Assembly (NCBI GenBank): GCA_012032525.1
Contig: JAAUSV010000001.1
Location: 1-43,496 of the forward strand
Direction of reading: 5' to 3'
DNA from: Leptolyngbyaceae cyanobacterium SL_7_1
GTDB taxonomy: Bacteria; Cyanobacteriota; Cyanobacteriia; Elainellales; Elainellaceae
DNA length: 43,496 nt
Shown here: piece after piece, positions 19,845 through 29,877 of the stretch
Position numbering within the stretch: position 1 is the stretch's first letter
Layout: each line of letters begins with the position of its first letter
Notes under the pieces: model-generated
The model's input: only the letters and a program-made list of their open reading frames with translations
The model's database searches: none
What the model was told of the DNA's origin: nothing
Translations under genes and position numbers: made by a program

Positions 19845-21074
19845 ATGGCACGCGCAAAATTTGAACGGAACAAGCCCCACGTCAATATTGGCACGATTGG
19901 ACACGTTGATCATGGTAAGACAACCTTGACTGCCGCGATCACTACCACTCTGGCTGCCATGGGGCAAGCCCAAGCCAAGAAGTACGATGAGATTGATGCA
20001 GCTCCTGAGGAAAAGGCTCGCGGTATCACTATCAACACAGCTCACGTGGAGTATGAAACCGAGAACCGTCACTATGCTCACGTGGACTGCCCTGGACACG
20101 CTGATTATGTCAAGAACATGATCACTGGTGCTGCCCAAATGGATGGTGCAATTTTGGTTGTGGCTGCCACAGATGGCGCTATGCCCCAAACCAAGGAGCA
20201 TATCCTCCTGGCTCGTCAGGTCGGTGTTCCTAGCATTGTTGTTTTCCTCAACAAAATTGACCAGCTAGACGATGAAGAATTGTTGGAACTGGTGGAACTT
20301 GAGTTGCGAGAATTGCTCAGTTCTTACGAATTTCCCGGCGATGACATTCCGATTATTCGTGGTTCTGGGTTGATGGCGTTGGAGGCAATGGTCAGCAATC
20401 CTAAGACCCAGCGTGGCGACAATGAGTGGGTTGACAAGATCTATGAATTGATGGATGCTGTCGATTCGTTCATTCCTACCCCTGAGCGGGATATCGATAA
20501 GCCATTCTTGATGGCGATCGAGGACGTATTCTCCATCACGGGTCGTGGTACGGTCGCTACGGGTCGAATTGAGCGGGGTAAGGTCAAAACGGGTGAGGAA
20601 GTCGAGATGGTCGGGCTCAAGCCAACCATTAAGGTGACGGTAACTGGAATTGAGATGTTTAGAAAATCTCTCGATGAAGGGGTGGCTGGTGATAATGCTG
20701 GTCTGCTGTTGCGGGGTGTCAAGAAAGAAGACATCGAACGTGGCATGGTGCTGGCAAAGCCAGGTAGCATTACTCCCCACACTGAATTTGAGGGTGAAGT
20801 CTATGTGCTAACAGACAAAGAGGGTGGGCGTAAGACGCCGTTCTTTGCTGGTTACCGTCCTCAGTTTTATGTGAGAACAACTGATGTGACTGGCACAATC
20901 AAAGCCTTCACCTCTGACGAAGGGGTGGATACGGAGATGGTCATGCCAGGCGATCGCATCAAAATGACGGTTGAGTTGATTAGCCCAATTGCCATTGAGC
21001 AAGGAATGCGATTTGCGATTCGTGAGGGAGGACGCACGATTGGGGCAGGCGTTGTCTCTAAGATTCTAAAGTAG
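19845..21074 (+). CDS. tuf: Elongation factor Tu
   Basis: [32 protein letters not shown]...; intact, 409 aa. Confidence 0.98.
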   Translation: MARAKFERNKPHVNIGTIGHVDHGKTTLTAAITTTLAAMGQAQAKKYDEIDAAPEEKARGITINTAHVEYETENRHYAHVDCPGHADYVKNMITGAAQMDGAILVVAATDGAMPQTKEHILLARQVGVPSIVVFLNKIDQLDDEELLELVELELRELLSSYEFPGDDIPIIRGSGLMALEAMVSNPKTQRGDNEWVDKIYELMDAVDSFIPTPERDIDKPFLMAIEDVFSITGRGTVATGRIERGKVKTGEEVEMVGLKPTIKVTVTGIEMFRKSLDEGVAGDNAGLLLRGVKKEDIERGMVLAKPGSITPHTEFEGEVYVLTDKEGGRKTPFFAGYRPQFYVRTTDVTGTIKAFTSDEGVDTEMVMPGDRIKMTVELISPIAIEQGMRFAIREGGRTIGAGVVSKILK

Positions 21075-21108
21075 CTGAGTCGCTTCTCTGCGTGACTTCT
21101 GTTTTTTG

Positions 21109-21140
21109 ATCAGCAGTCGATCGAAGGATTGACTGCTGAT
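21109..21140 (+). other. tuf-rpsJ intergenic hairpin (possible attenuator or processing site)
   Basis: ATCAGCAGTC (21109-21118) pairs with GACTGCTGAT (21131-21140), with a 12-nt loop. It is preceded by a T6 run and followed by ttatctg. Confidence 0.35.
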
Positions 21141-21242
21141 TTATCTGCCTGAACCAATGCAATGGGGGGCGGTTTCCTGCTGACAGCCGATTGCACCGTA
21201 AAGCTTGTATGAACCTTGAAAACTTGAGACATTACCAAAGCC

Positions 21243-21560
21243 ATGGCAACTATCCAACAGCAAAAAATTCGTATCCGGTTGAAAGCATTTGATCGCCGCT
21301 TGCTTGATACGTCCTGTGAAAAGATCGTCGATACTGCGAACCGTACTAATGCTACTGCGATTGGACCAATTCCTTTACCAACAAAACGCCGGATCTATTG
21401 TGTTCTACGTTCCCCCCACGTTGATAAGGATTCTCGCGAACATTTTGAGACTCGCACTCATCGTCGCATCATCGATATCTATCAACCGTCTTCCAAGACG
21501 ATCGACGCGCTCATGAAGTTGGATTTGCCAGCGGGCGTAGACATTGAAGTGAAGCTTTAA
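21243..21560 (+). CDS. rpsJ: 30S ribosomal protein S10
   Basis: [32 protein letters not shown]...[37 protein letters not shown]; intact, 105 aa. Confidence 0.97.
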   Translation: MATIQQQKIRIRLKAFDRRLLDTSCEKIVDTANRTNATAIGPIPLPTKRRIYCVLRSPHVDKDSREHFETRTHRRIIDIYQPSSKTIDALMKLDLPAGVDIEVKL

Positions 21561-21694
21561 GCACTTGATTCCTCGCCTCATCACGGGACAATACGCTAAA
21601 CTTGACAAAGGATTTTTGCTTGTTTTTGTTCGACTTTGGCGAAATGGTTTGTCAGGTTTAGTGTCTATTGACCCTCCGCAGGATTGAGATCGAG

Positions 21695-22351
21695 ATGGCA
21701 TTTTCTTCGTCAGTTGCAGTTCGAGAACTTCCCCTTTTTCCACTACCTGAAGTTGTGCTTTTTCCAGGTAGAAAGCTCCCACTTCATATTTTTGAATTTC
21801 GTTATCGCATCATGATGAATACCATCCTCCAAAGCGATCGCCGCTTTGGAGTTTTGATGGTAAATCCAACTGATGGCAGAGTATCGGGTGTCGGCTGTTG
21901 TGCCGAAATGATTCACTGTCAACGGTTACCCGATGATCGGATGAGAGTGATGACATTGGGTCAACAGCGGTTTCGGGTGTTGGAATACGTTCGAGAGAAG
22001 CCTTATCATGTCGGGTTGGTTGAATGGATCGAGGACAACTCGACAGATCAAGATCTTAAAACCCTATCGACCGAGGTAGACCAATTGCTACGAGATGTAG
22101 TTCATTTGTCGGCAAAGCTGACTGGTCAACCGATCGAGTTACCTGATGATGTGCCAGATTTGCCAATAGAGTTATCGTACTGGATCGCAAGTTACTTAAA
22201 CGGAGTAGCGCTTGAGCAGCAGTCTCTCCTGGAGATGCAAGATACAACTGCTCGACTCCACCGTGAAGCTGAAATCCTCACCTCTACTCGTAATCATCTG
22301 GCTGCCCGAACGGCTTTAAAAGACGCCTTTAATAAGGATGCCTTTAGCTGA
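21695..22351 (+). CDS. LON peptidase N-terminal substrate-binding domain protein
   Basis: ELPLFPLPEVVLFPGRKLPLHIFEFRYRIMMNTIL is the typical start of stand-alone LON-N domain proteins. The start is taken at ATG 21695. Confidence 0.7.
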   Translation: MAFSSSVAVRELPLFPLPEVVLFPGRKLPLHIFEFRYRIMMNTILQSDRRFGVLMVNPTDGRVSGVGCCAEMIHCQRLPDDRMRVMTLGQQRFRVLEYVREKPYHVGLVEWIEDNSTDQDLKTLSTEVDQLLRDVVHLSAKLTGQPIELPDDVPDLPIELSYWIASYLNGVALEQQSLLEMQDTTARLHREAEILTSTRNHLAARTALKDAFNKDAFS

Positions 22352-22358
22352 GTACCTG

Positions 22359-23202
22359 CTATTCCTGTGGTCTGATTGGAAGAATAGTGTAGCTGCCAAA
22401 GATCTTGAGGGTTTCAGTACATTGCCTGAGTTCTGCCAAGGCTGAACCAACCGCAGCGTCATGAATGTTGGTTTCGATATCGATAAAAGAGATATTCACC
22501 AAGCGATCGTTTGGTTGGGCGAGATTCAATGCGGCTCAAATTGATATTGCGAGCTGCAAAGATCTGGAGTGCTTTGGCTAGAGCGCCTGGCAAGTTGGCT
22601 GGAAAGCTGAAAGCGAGTGATGTGTGACTCCCCTCTGATGAGGGTTGCAACCCTAGTGTCCAAAATCGAGTACAGTTGTCAGGACGATCGTTTACAGAGT
22701 TCACTAGGATGGGAACCTGGTAGAGCTGAGCAGCACGCTGGGAAGCGATCGCCCCTGCTTTGAGATGATTAGATAGATACTGAACGGCTTCAGTGGTCGA
22801 GTTTGTTGGAACTAGCAACGCATCTGGCAAGTATTTCTCTAGCCACCCTTGGCACTGGGCTAGCGCTTGTGGATGGGAATAGATCACTTCAATAGCTTCT
22901 AAGGCCGGGGCATAGGATAGCAGCTCATGGGTGATGGGAAGTACTAGGGCTTGCTGAATTTGCAGTTGGTCTAGTTGCCATAGAGTGTCTAGGGTAAATG
23001 TTACACTGCCCTCAATGGAGTTCTCGACTGGCACAACTGCAAGTTGTGCGTTCCCCATGGCGACTGCTTGTAGGCTTTGGGCAATTGTAGGGTAGGGCAA
23101 CAGAGAGAGGGGTTGGGATTGGTTTATGTGAGTGGCGTAATTGATAGCAGCCATCTCAGCGTAGGTTCCAGCAGGTCCTAGGTAGGCGATCGAATCAATC
23201 AT
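22359..23202 (-). CDS. pheA: Prephenate dehydratase (about 280 aa). One frame break near the C-terminal ACT domain.
   Basis: MIDSIAYLGPAGTYAE...TNSTTEAV...NCTRFW...RIESRPTKRSLGEYLF. After an indel in the A4 run 22485-22488 (plus strand) the sequence continues (F)IDIETNIHDAAVGSALAELRQCTETLKIFGSYTILPI..* and stops at 22359. Confidence 0.85.
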
Positions 23203-23450
23203 CGTAATATAACCCTTGAATTCTGGGACAATAACGACCCTGCCGGAGGTATGCAGGGCTGGTACGTCTAATGGAAAAATTTGCAACGTGAGGGACTGAT
23301 TTCAACGTTGAATAAACGAATAATTCACTAAGATGACCGAACTAAATCGGCGATAAATTCTTTCTACGTTGAAATCAAGGGTGTTTCCTTGGAAACAATG
23401 TGATTTTTTCCTATAGATTTAAAGGAGAAGCAAATTTATTCCTCACCTTA

Positions 23451-24044
23451 ATGCAAGCTCGATTCGTGGCATCCCAACTGGCTGAGTTAGTCGTTACTGA
23501 ACAGCCTATCCCAATTCAGCACTACCTACGACAGCCCCAACGCTTAATTCAAGCCTTGACCGATCCCGATCGAGTTGAGCAATTAGATGCAGAACACTTT
23601 CGATTGAAGATGCGTCCGCTACGTTTTTTGGCGCTTAGCCTTCAGCCGACTGTGGATGTGCGGGTATGGGCGGATTCACTGGGAACGATTTACATTCGAT
23701 CGACTGGCTGCGAGATCCGGGGCGTTGAGTACGTCAATCAACGGTTTCAGTTAGTCCTTGTCGGACAACTGATGCCTCAACATCAAGACTTGACAACTCG
23801 CCTAGTTGGACGAGCGGACCTAGAAGTGAATGTTGAATTGCCGCCGGCATTTTGGATGACTCCAAAATACCTGCTAGAGGCAACAGGCAATGGGTTACTC
23901 CGAAGTGTGTTGTTGACAATCAAACAACGACTCATGCACCAACTATTGTCAGATTATCGTCGCTGGGTTTCAGACCAGACTGCTGAGTTGAGCGATCGCC
24001 CTACAGTCATTCCCCAGCTATCCTCCAATAGTCCAATTGCATGA
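23451..24044 (+). CDS. DUF1997-family protein (conserved in cyanobacteria and plastids)
   Basis: MQARFVASQ...IPIQHYLRQPQRLIQALTDP.RVEQL....FRLKMRPLRFL.L.LQPTVD..V resembles the DUF1997 pattern as I recall it. The start is uncertain (GTG 23400 or ATG 23451). Confidence 0.6.
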   Translation: MQARFVASQLAELVVTEQPIPIQHYLRQPQRLIQALTDPDRVEQLDAEHFRLKMRPLRFLALSLQPTVDVRVWADSLGTIYIRSTGCEIRGVEYVNQRFQLVLVGQLMPQHQDLTTRLVGRADLEVNVELPPAFWMTPKYLLEATGNGLLRSVLLTIKQRLMHQLLSDYRRWVSDQTAELSDRPTVIPQLSSNSPIA

Positions 24045-24075
24045 TTTAGTTGATCGTCTCCACTGCCTATCTCCA

Positions 24076-24690
24076 TCAGTGGCAGGGACGAAACGATTTG
24101 CGATGTTGATGCGAAGCTCCTAGCTTGGCTAACGCTTGGCGGTGCTTCGCGGTGCCATAGCCCTTGTTGTGCCCCAGATCATATCCTGGATAGGTCTGAG
24201 CAAGCCGCACCATCAAGCGATCGCGCCATACCTTAGCAACAATACTGGCGGCGGCAATTGGCAGACAGTGTTGGTCTCCTTTGATGAGAGCCTGCTGAGC
24301 GATCGCCAATTCTGGAATTGATTGATTGCCGTCGATCAAACAGAGGGTTGGCTGAGGCTGTAGGCGCGAAATCGCTCGTCGCATAGCCAGCAAGGACGCA
24401 TTCAAAATATTAAAGCGATCGATTTCCCGGACGGAGCTAATGCCAATCCGACAGTCGATCGCTTCAGCGTAAATTAGCTGAATCAAGCGCTCTCGTTGGA
24501 GTGGGGTGAGTTGTTTGCTGTCGGTGACTCCCGCATTGATGAGGACATCTGTAGCAGCCCCAGGTAAGATAACTGCTGCTGCCACAACTGGTCCAAACAA
24601 TGCCCCTCGACCCACCTCATCAACTCCTGCAATCCAAGTAGCGTCAGGATTAAGTGAGAATGCCTTCTCGGCATATGACTTTGCGGTCAT
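24076..24690 (-). CDS. rnhB: Ribonuclease HII
   Basis: IAGVDEVGRGALFGPVVAAAV...GVTDSKQL...ASIVAK..RD...YPGYD...HKGYGT.KH; intact, 204 aa. It starts 15 nt downstream of the rne stop. Confidence 0.9.
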   Translation of the reverse strand: MTAKSYAEKAFSLNPDATWIAGVDEVGRGALFGPVVAAAVILPGAATDVLINAGVTDSKQLTPLQRERLIQLIYAEAIDCRIGISSVREIDRFNILNASLLAMRRAISRLQPQPTLCLIDGNQSIPELAIAQQALIKGDQHCLPIAAASIVAKVWRDRLMVRLAQTYPGYDLGHNKGYGTAKHRQALAKLGASHQHRKSFRPCH

Positions 24691-24705
24691 TTGCTTTAGT
24701 GAAAT

Positions 24706-26744
24706 CTAATCGGCTGGAGAGTCTGTTACGCTCGATGAGCGGCGGCGGCGGCGGCGGCGATTTGCTACGCCGTCATCCCCATTTAACTCTTCTGCCATGT
24801 CTGGATCTTCGCCAACAACATCAGCCACTGGTTCTGGTGTAACTGGCTCTACAACGGCTACTTCTGCCACTACTTCTTGCCCATTGAGGGATGGTTGCAC
24901 AGGTTCGACTGCATCTGGTGAGGCTATCGCTTTTTCTGGTGAAACCGAGCCATTGGGAAGCACAGGGGCTTCGCCTGGTAGAGTAACTGTTACGATTACA
25001 GCTTTGGGATCTTTAATCGATTCTGTTGTCAAAACCAGGGGTGAAATTCCCATCAGAGCGTAAATGTCTTGCTCCTCTGGAGTCATCTCCACTGCCACCA
25101 CTTGGGGTGGCTCAGCCGGTGGTTTTTCTCGCCGATTGGAGGTGCGATTATTGCGTTCTTGTCGATCTAACCGAACTTCCCGAACCGGTAGGGTTGGAAT
25201 AGGAGTTTCCTCTGGGGTAGTTTCGTCGATCGCAGGCTCAGGCTCTACCTCTGCCTCAGTCCCTGTCCGTGTCAAAATCGGCTTGAGCGGGGGTTCGCCC
25301 AATCGTCCTCGGCTGCGACGACGACGACGATCGGTTTTACTCCGCTCCTGATAGCTGGGGTGGTTGAGCAAATCTAGTTCTTGTAGATCGGCGGATGGAT
25401 CGAGGTCGTCCCCCCCTTCCTCCCACGTTGGCGGCGGGGGCGCTATACGCGCTTGGGTGGCTAGGGTGACTCGGTTTGCCTCTACGGGGTCTGGAGTGGC
25501 ACGATCGTGCTCACCCGGCAGATGTACCAGATGCCCAATCCCTCCGCAGGTGGAGCAGGCGCGTCCAAATAACTCGTAGATATTTTGCCCTTGCCGCTTA
25601 CGGGTAAGCTCGACTAAGCCCAACTCGGTTAGCTGAGCAATTTGCGGTCTGGCTTTGTCAGATCGGAGTGCCTTGTTGAAGTTTTCCAGGACTTGGAGTT
25701 GGTCACGGCGAGCGTCCATATCAATGAAGTCCACCACAATCACACCAGCAATGTTGCGTAATCGCAGTTGACGAGCAATTTCGGATGCCGCTTCACAGTT
25801 AGTCCACAGGACGGTCTCACGGGCGGTTGCCGATCGCGTAAATGAGCCAGAGTTAACATCGATTACCGTTAGAGCTTCGGTGCGCTCGATGATGATATAT
25901 CCCCCCGACGGCAAATCTACCCTTGGCTTTAGGGCTTCTCGAATCGCTGCATTGACCCGGAAGTATTCCAAAATAGAGGCGCGATCGCGGTGTTGATCGA
26001 CCAGCACCCCCTGAGGAGTGCGCCCGCCATTCCAATTGACCAGATGCTGCTTGACCCGCTTCATCCCGGTGTGAGAGTCTACAACGATGCGATTGACATC
26101 TCCGCTGTAGACATCGCGTAAAACCTTTTGAATGAAATCGTCATCTCGATTGAGCAAACTGGGAGGACGTGTGGCGATCGCCTCCTGCTGCACACTTTCC
26201 CACTGCCGTTGCAGCCCTTCTAAATCTTCGATAATGGCTTCCTCGCCCACCCCTTCCGCCTCGTGCGCACCAGTAGTCCCATTCCCGCAGGTTTGAGCAA
26301 GATTGCCAATGCCCGCAGTCGATTCCGTTCATTTTCATTGCGAATCCGCCGAGATAGATTTACCCCCCGCCCGAAGGGCATAAGGACTAAATAGCGCCCT
26401 GGCAGGCTAACGTTACCCGTCAATCGCGGACCCTTGTTGCCCGTAGGCTCCTTCATCACTTGCACCAGCACTTTTTGTTGAGGGGCAAGCAATTCGGTGA
26501 TTGAACCCGCCGCCCGTCTTAGGCGCAGGGGACCTAAGTCGCTGACGTGAATAAACCCGTTCCGCTCCGGATCACCAATATTGACAAATGCCGCATCAAT
26601 GCCAGGCAATACATTTTCAACTACCCCCAGGTATACATCGCCCACCTGGTGAGTTCCAGTTGCTACAATCAATTCTTGAATCTGGTCTTCCGAAAAAACA
26701 GCCGCGATTCGATGTTGTTCAGCAATAATGATTTGCTTAGACAT
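24706..26744 (-). CDS. rne: Ribonuclease E (compact cyanobacterial type, about 679 aa). One frame break.
   Basis: The S1 domain start is MSKQIIIAEQHRIAAVFSEDQIQELIV..GDVYLGVVENVLPGIDAAFVNIG. ..GMGLLVRT then shifts frame near 26262 (a missing G) to (E)AEGVGEEAIIEDLEGLQRQWE... The catalytic core has VVDFIDM, and the C-terminus is Arg-rich (RRRRRRRSS). Confidence 0.9.
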
Positions 26745-27156
26745 TCAATTTCCTCAAAATTTAAATCATGGAAGCACTCACCCTCTAAGAGTTGCTCTCA
26801 ACGATGCCAATTAATGAAATGTCAATTAGTGACAAAATTTTCGACATAGCAGGGGAGAAAACTGCGCTACCTACACTACCTACGCGTAACATCGTGTTAC
26901 GCCACAGCGGTTTAGGGCAGTTGGACTCAGTTAGTACACGATCCTCAGCGTGACGCCTGCTCGTTTAAGCAAGACATCAACCAAATCGAGATCAAACAAA
27001 ACCTTACAGAAGCGGCTCAGCCCCACTGTTGCTGACGAACCCCCTAGCAACTTGTGGGTGCTAATCCTAAAAGCTTCTTTAGAAAAGCATTATAGCGCGG
27101 AGAAACAAAAGCGCTATGGGAATCAAACAATTTATGAAAAAGAAGTCTGCGTTCGA

Positions 27157-29877
27157 TCAAGTTGCTTTAGCATCCTCAGCCAAGATTAAGCATTGGCGAT
27201 GGATGTGCCGCAATTGAAACGGACGATAAGCCACGTGTTCTAGCATTTGAACAATATGTTCAGGTCGAAGGAGCGTCCCATCATTCCGACAGCTTCCGCG
27301 ATAATGCAGGGCGATCGATGATGTATCCCTGAGAGCCGCACTAAATTGGCGCAGAGGTAAAGACGTTACCCCTACCCACTCTAGCGTAACTAGACGATCG
27401 CGCAAGTTGACTAGTCGCACTTTTCCAGATTTACTGATCTGTTCAACTTGAATTGTATCGATCGCCATAATTGCATTAATCCAGGTTTGCCACTCGGCAT
27501 CCGGAATTTCGTTACCCAACTCATCTAAAGCATCAAGAAAGATTAAATAGTCGGCTTGTTCGAGGGTATGGGTGGCGGAGGGTGCCGCCAAGGGAATGGA
27601 CTCGATGCGGTAAATAGGGATGGTGTTGGGCAATTGGGCAGTGAGGCGATCGTAAAATTCCTGTTGAGCGATGGACTCAGTCAACTCAAAATCAACAATT
27701 TCTCCCTCACTGGTTGCGCCCAAGGAAAGGGCATTGGCAGGAGAAATACGCGGACTTGGATGAAAGCCACTGGTGAATGAAATCGGTAGGGCAGCCCGCC
27801 GTACGGCTCGATCAAACAGACGCAGTAGATCAAGGTGGCTAACCAATGCCATATCCTGCTGCTTGCCAAACCAGACTCGCCAGCGTTGGACACGGGTCTG
27901 ATTAGGTACAAACTGCCCCTCAAATGCTGGAATGGCGGGGGGATTAATCACCACGTTATGCCCAAAATCTGCCCCACACACTCCGCAATGGGAACAGCCG
28001 TCAAAGGAACAGTCAGGCACCGTTGCCGCTGCTAACGCCCGTTCTAGATCGGCTTTGAGCCACTGTTTGGTAATGCCCGTGTCGATGTGATCCCAAGGTA
28101 AGGGAGCGTTGAGCCGAGCGAGTAGGTTGGCGGACGCTTCTTCAAGCTGCTGGGCGGAAGCCTCTATCGGCGTGGGAGCAGCGGCTTGGAATAGATTCCA
28201 TTCCCCCTGTTCGATCTGACGATACTTCCAAGTCAATCCTGCTTCGGCGATCGCCTCAGTCCAGGCTGTGAAGGCTTGCTCCAGGCTCTCCCACCACGAA
28301 TCCATGCCCGCACCCAGTTCCCAAGCACGACGCACCACCTGTCCTAAGCGGCGATCGCCCCGCCCAACAAAATCCTCCATTGCAGAAATCCGGACATCAG
28401 TAAAGCTTGCCTTGACCCCACGAATTGTCCGAAACTCTTGGCGTAGCAACCGTTGTTTGCGCTCAAACTCTGCGGCTGCCGCCGAGTGCCACTGGAAGGG
28501 GGTGTGGGGCTTGGGGGTGAAGTTGGAGATGGTCACATTAAAGCTGAGGGGCTTCCTGCCCTGGAGACGGCATTCCTGTTGCAGCCAGCGAATGGTTTCG
28601 GCAATTCCTAGGACATCACCATCCGTTTCCCCAGGTAACCCAATCATGAAATAGAGTTTGACCCGATCCCACCCTTGTTCATAGGCTGTTTTGATACCGC
28701 GTAAAAGCTCGTCGTTGGTCAAGCCCTTATTAACAATATCGCGCAACCGCTGGGTGCCTGCTTCTGGCGCAAAGGTCAAGCCTCCCTGTCGCATCCCCCC
28801 CAAAATGTTGGCGATCGTTTCATCAAAGCGATCGACCCGTTGGCTGGGCAGGGAAAGCGACACGTTTTCAGACTTCAACCGATTCTTAATCTCCATACCC
28901 ACAGCGGGTAGGGCGAGATAGTCAGAACAACTGAGGGAAAGCAACGAAAATTCGTTGTATCCTGTTGCTCGCATGCCTGTTTCGATCGCCTCCACCACCG
29001 CCTCCGGAGCGACATCCCGTGCGGGGCGGGTCAACATGCCCGGTTGGCAAAAGCGACACCCCCGGGTACAACCTCGGCGAATTTCGATCGTCAGTCGATC
29101 GTGTACGGTTTCCACGTAGGGAACCAGTCCGATGGAATAGGCAGGAATGGGAGTGGCGACTCGTCGCAGAATGCGAGTTGGCACATCAGAGCGGTTAGGA
29201 CGAACATCCCCCTCCGTTGTCAGATCGTAGAACCGAGGCACATAGACGCCAGGCACCTGGGCTAGATCAAGTAACAATGCTTCTCGGCTTAACCCTGCTG
29301 CCTTTCCTTCCTCAATCACCAGTCCAATTTCGGGCAGTAGCTCTTCCCCATCGCCTAGTGCAATAAAGTCAAAAAAGTCGGCATAGGGTTCTGGATTAGA
29401 CGTAGCCGTTTGCCCACCGGCAAAGATCAATGGATAACTACCTGTAGACACGTCCCACGCTCCTAAAGCATTCCGCTCCTGCCAAGTTAGGGGGACATGG
29501 GCAAGGCTCAACATCTCTAAAATGTTGGTGGCTCCCAACTCATAACTGAGGCTAAATCCTAAAATGTCAAAATCGGTGAGCGATCGCTTAGACTCTACTG
29601 CAAATAAAGGAGTCTTGGTTGCCCGGAGCTGAGTGGCAAGATCTGCGGCGGGTAAATAGGCGCGATCGCACAACTGACGGGGTTGGGCATTAAGAATGCT
29701 ATACAAAATGATGTGTCCAAGGTTGGACGCCCCCACTTCATAAATCTCTGGGTAGGTCAACGCCCACCGTACCACTGCCGACCCCCAGGGTTTGTGAACT
29801 GCCCCCAATTCATTTCCTAAATAGCGAGCTGGCTTGGAAATATTGGAAGTTAGTAACGTTTCAACTGCAACGACCAC
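27157..29877 (-). CDS. Fused B12-binding-like radical SAM protein (TIGR03960-type) + DUF2344/TIGR03936 'radical SAM-linked' domain, 906 aa, intact
   Basis: The CxxxCxxC cluster motif is RGCTRGCRFCQPG. The C-terminal roughly 245 aa (RVQRWRVWFGKQQDMALVSHLDLLRLFDRAVRRAALPISFTSGFHPSPRISPANALSLG) match the DUF2344 pattern. Confidence 0.85.
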   Translation of the reverse strand: MVVAVETLLTSNISKPARYLGNELGAVHKPWGSAVVRWALTYPEIYEVGASNLGHIILYSILNAQPRQLCDRAYLPAADLATQLRATKTPLFAVESKRSLTDFDILGFSLSYELGATNILEMLSLAHVPLTWQERNALGAWDVSTGSYPLIFAGGQTATSNPEPYADFFDFIALGDGEELLPEIGLVIEEGKAAGLSREALLLDLAQVPGVYVPRFYDLTTEGDVRPNRSDVPTRILRRVATPIPAYSIGLVPYVETVHDRLTIEIRRGCTRGCRFCQPGMLTRPARDVAPEAVVEAIETGMRATGYNEFSLLSLSCSDYLALPAVGMEIKNRLKSENVSLSLPSQRVDRFDETIANILGGMRQGGLTFAPEAGTQRLRDIVNKGLTNDELLRGIKTAYEQGWDRVKLYFMIGLPGETDGDVLGIAETIRWLQQECRLQGRKPLSFNVTISNFTPKPHTPFQWHSAAAAEFERKQRLLRQEFRTIRGVKASFTDVRISAMEDFVGRGDRRLGQVVRRAWELGAGMDSWWESLEQAFTAWTEAIAEAGLTWKYRQIEQGEWNLFQAAAPTPIEASAQQLEEASANLLARLNAPLPWDHIDTGITKQWLKADLERALAAATVPDCSFDGCSHCGVCGADFGHNVVINPPAIPAFEGQFVPNQTRVQRWRVWFGKQQDMALVSHLDLLRLFDRAVRRAALPISFTSGFHPSPRISPANALSLGATSEGEIVDFELTESIAQQEFYDRLTAQLPNTIPIYRIESIPLAAPSATHTLEQADYLIFLDALDELGNEIPDAEWQTWINAIMAIDTIQVEQISKSGKVRLVNLRDRLVTLEWVGVTSLPLRQFSAALRDTSSIALHYRGSCRNDGTLLRPEHIVQMLEHVAYRPFQLRHIHRQCLILAEDAKAT

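Noticed and set aside
26950-27189. 79-aa plus-strand ORF in the rne leader region
   Set aside because: It has a non-ATG start and a Lys/Ser-rich low-complexity product. It overlaps the radical SAM 3' end and is antisense to the likely rne leader transcript.
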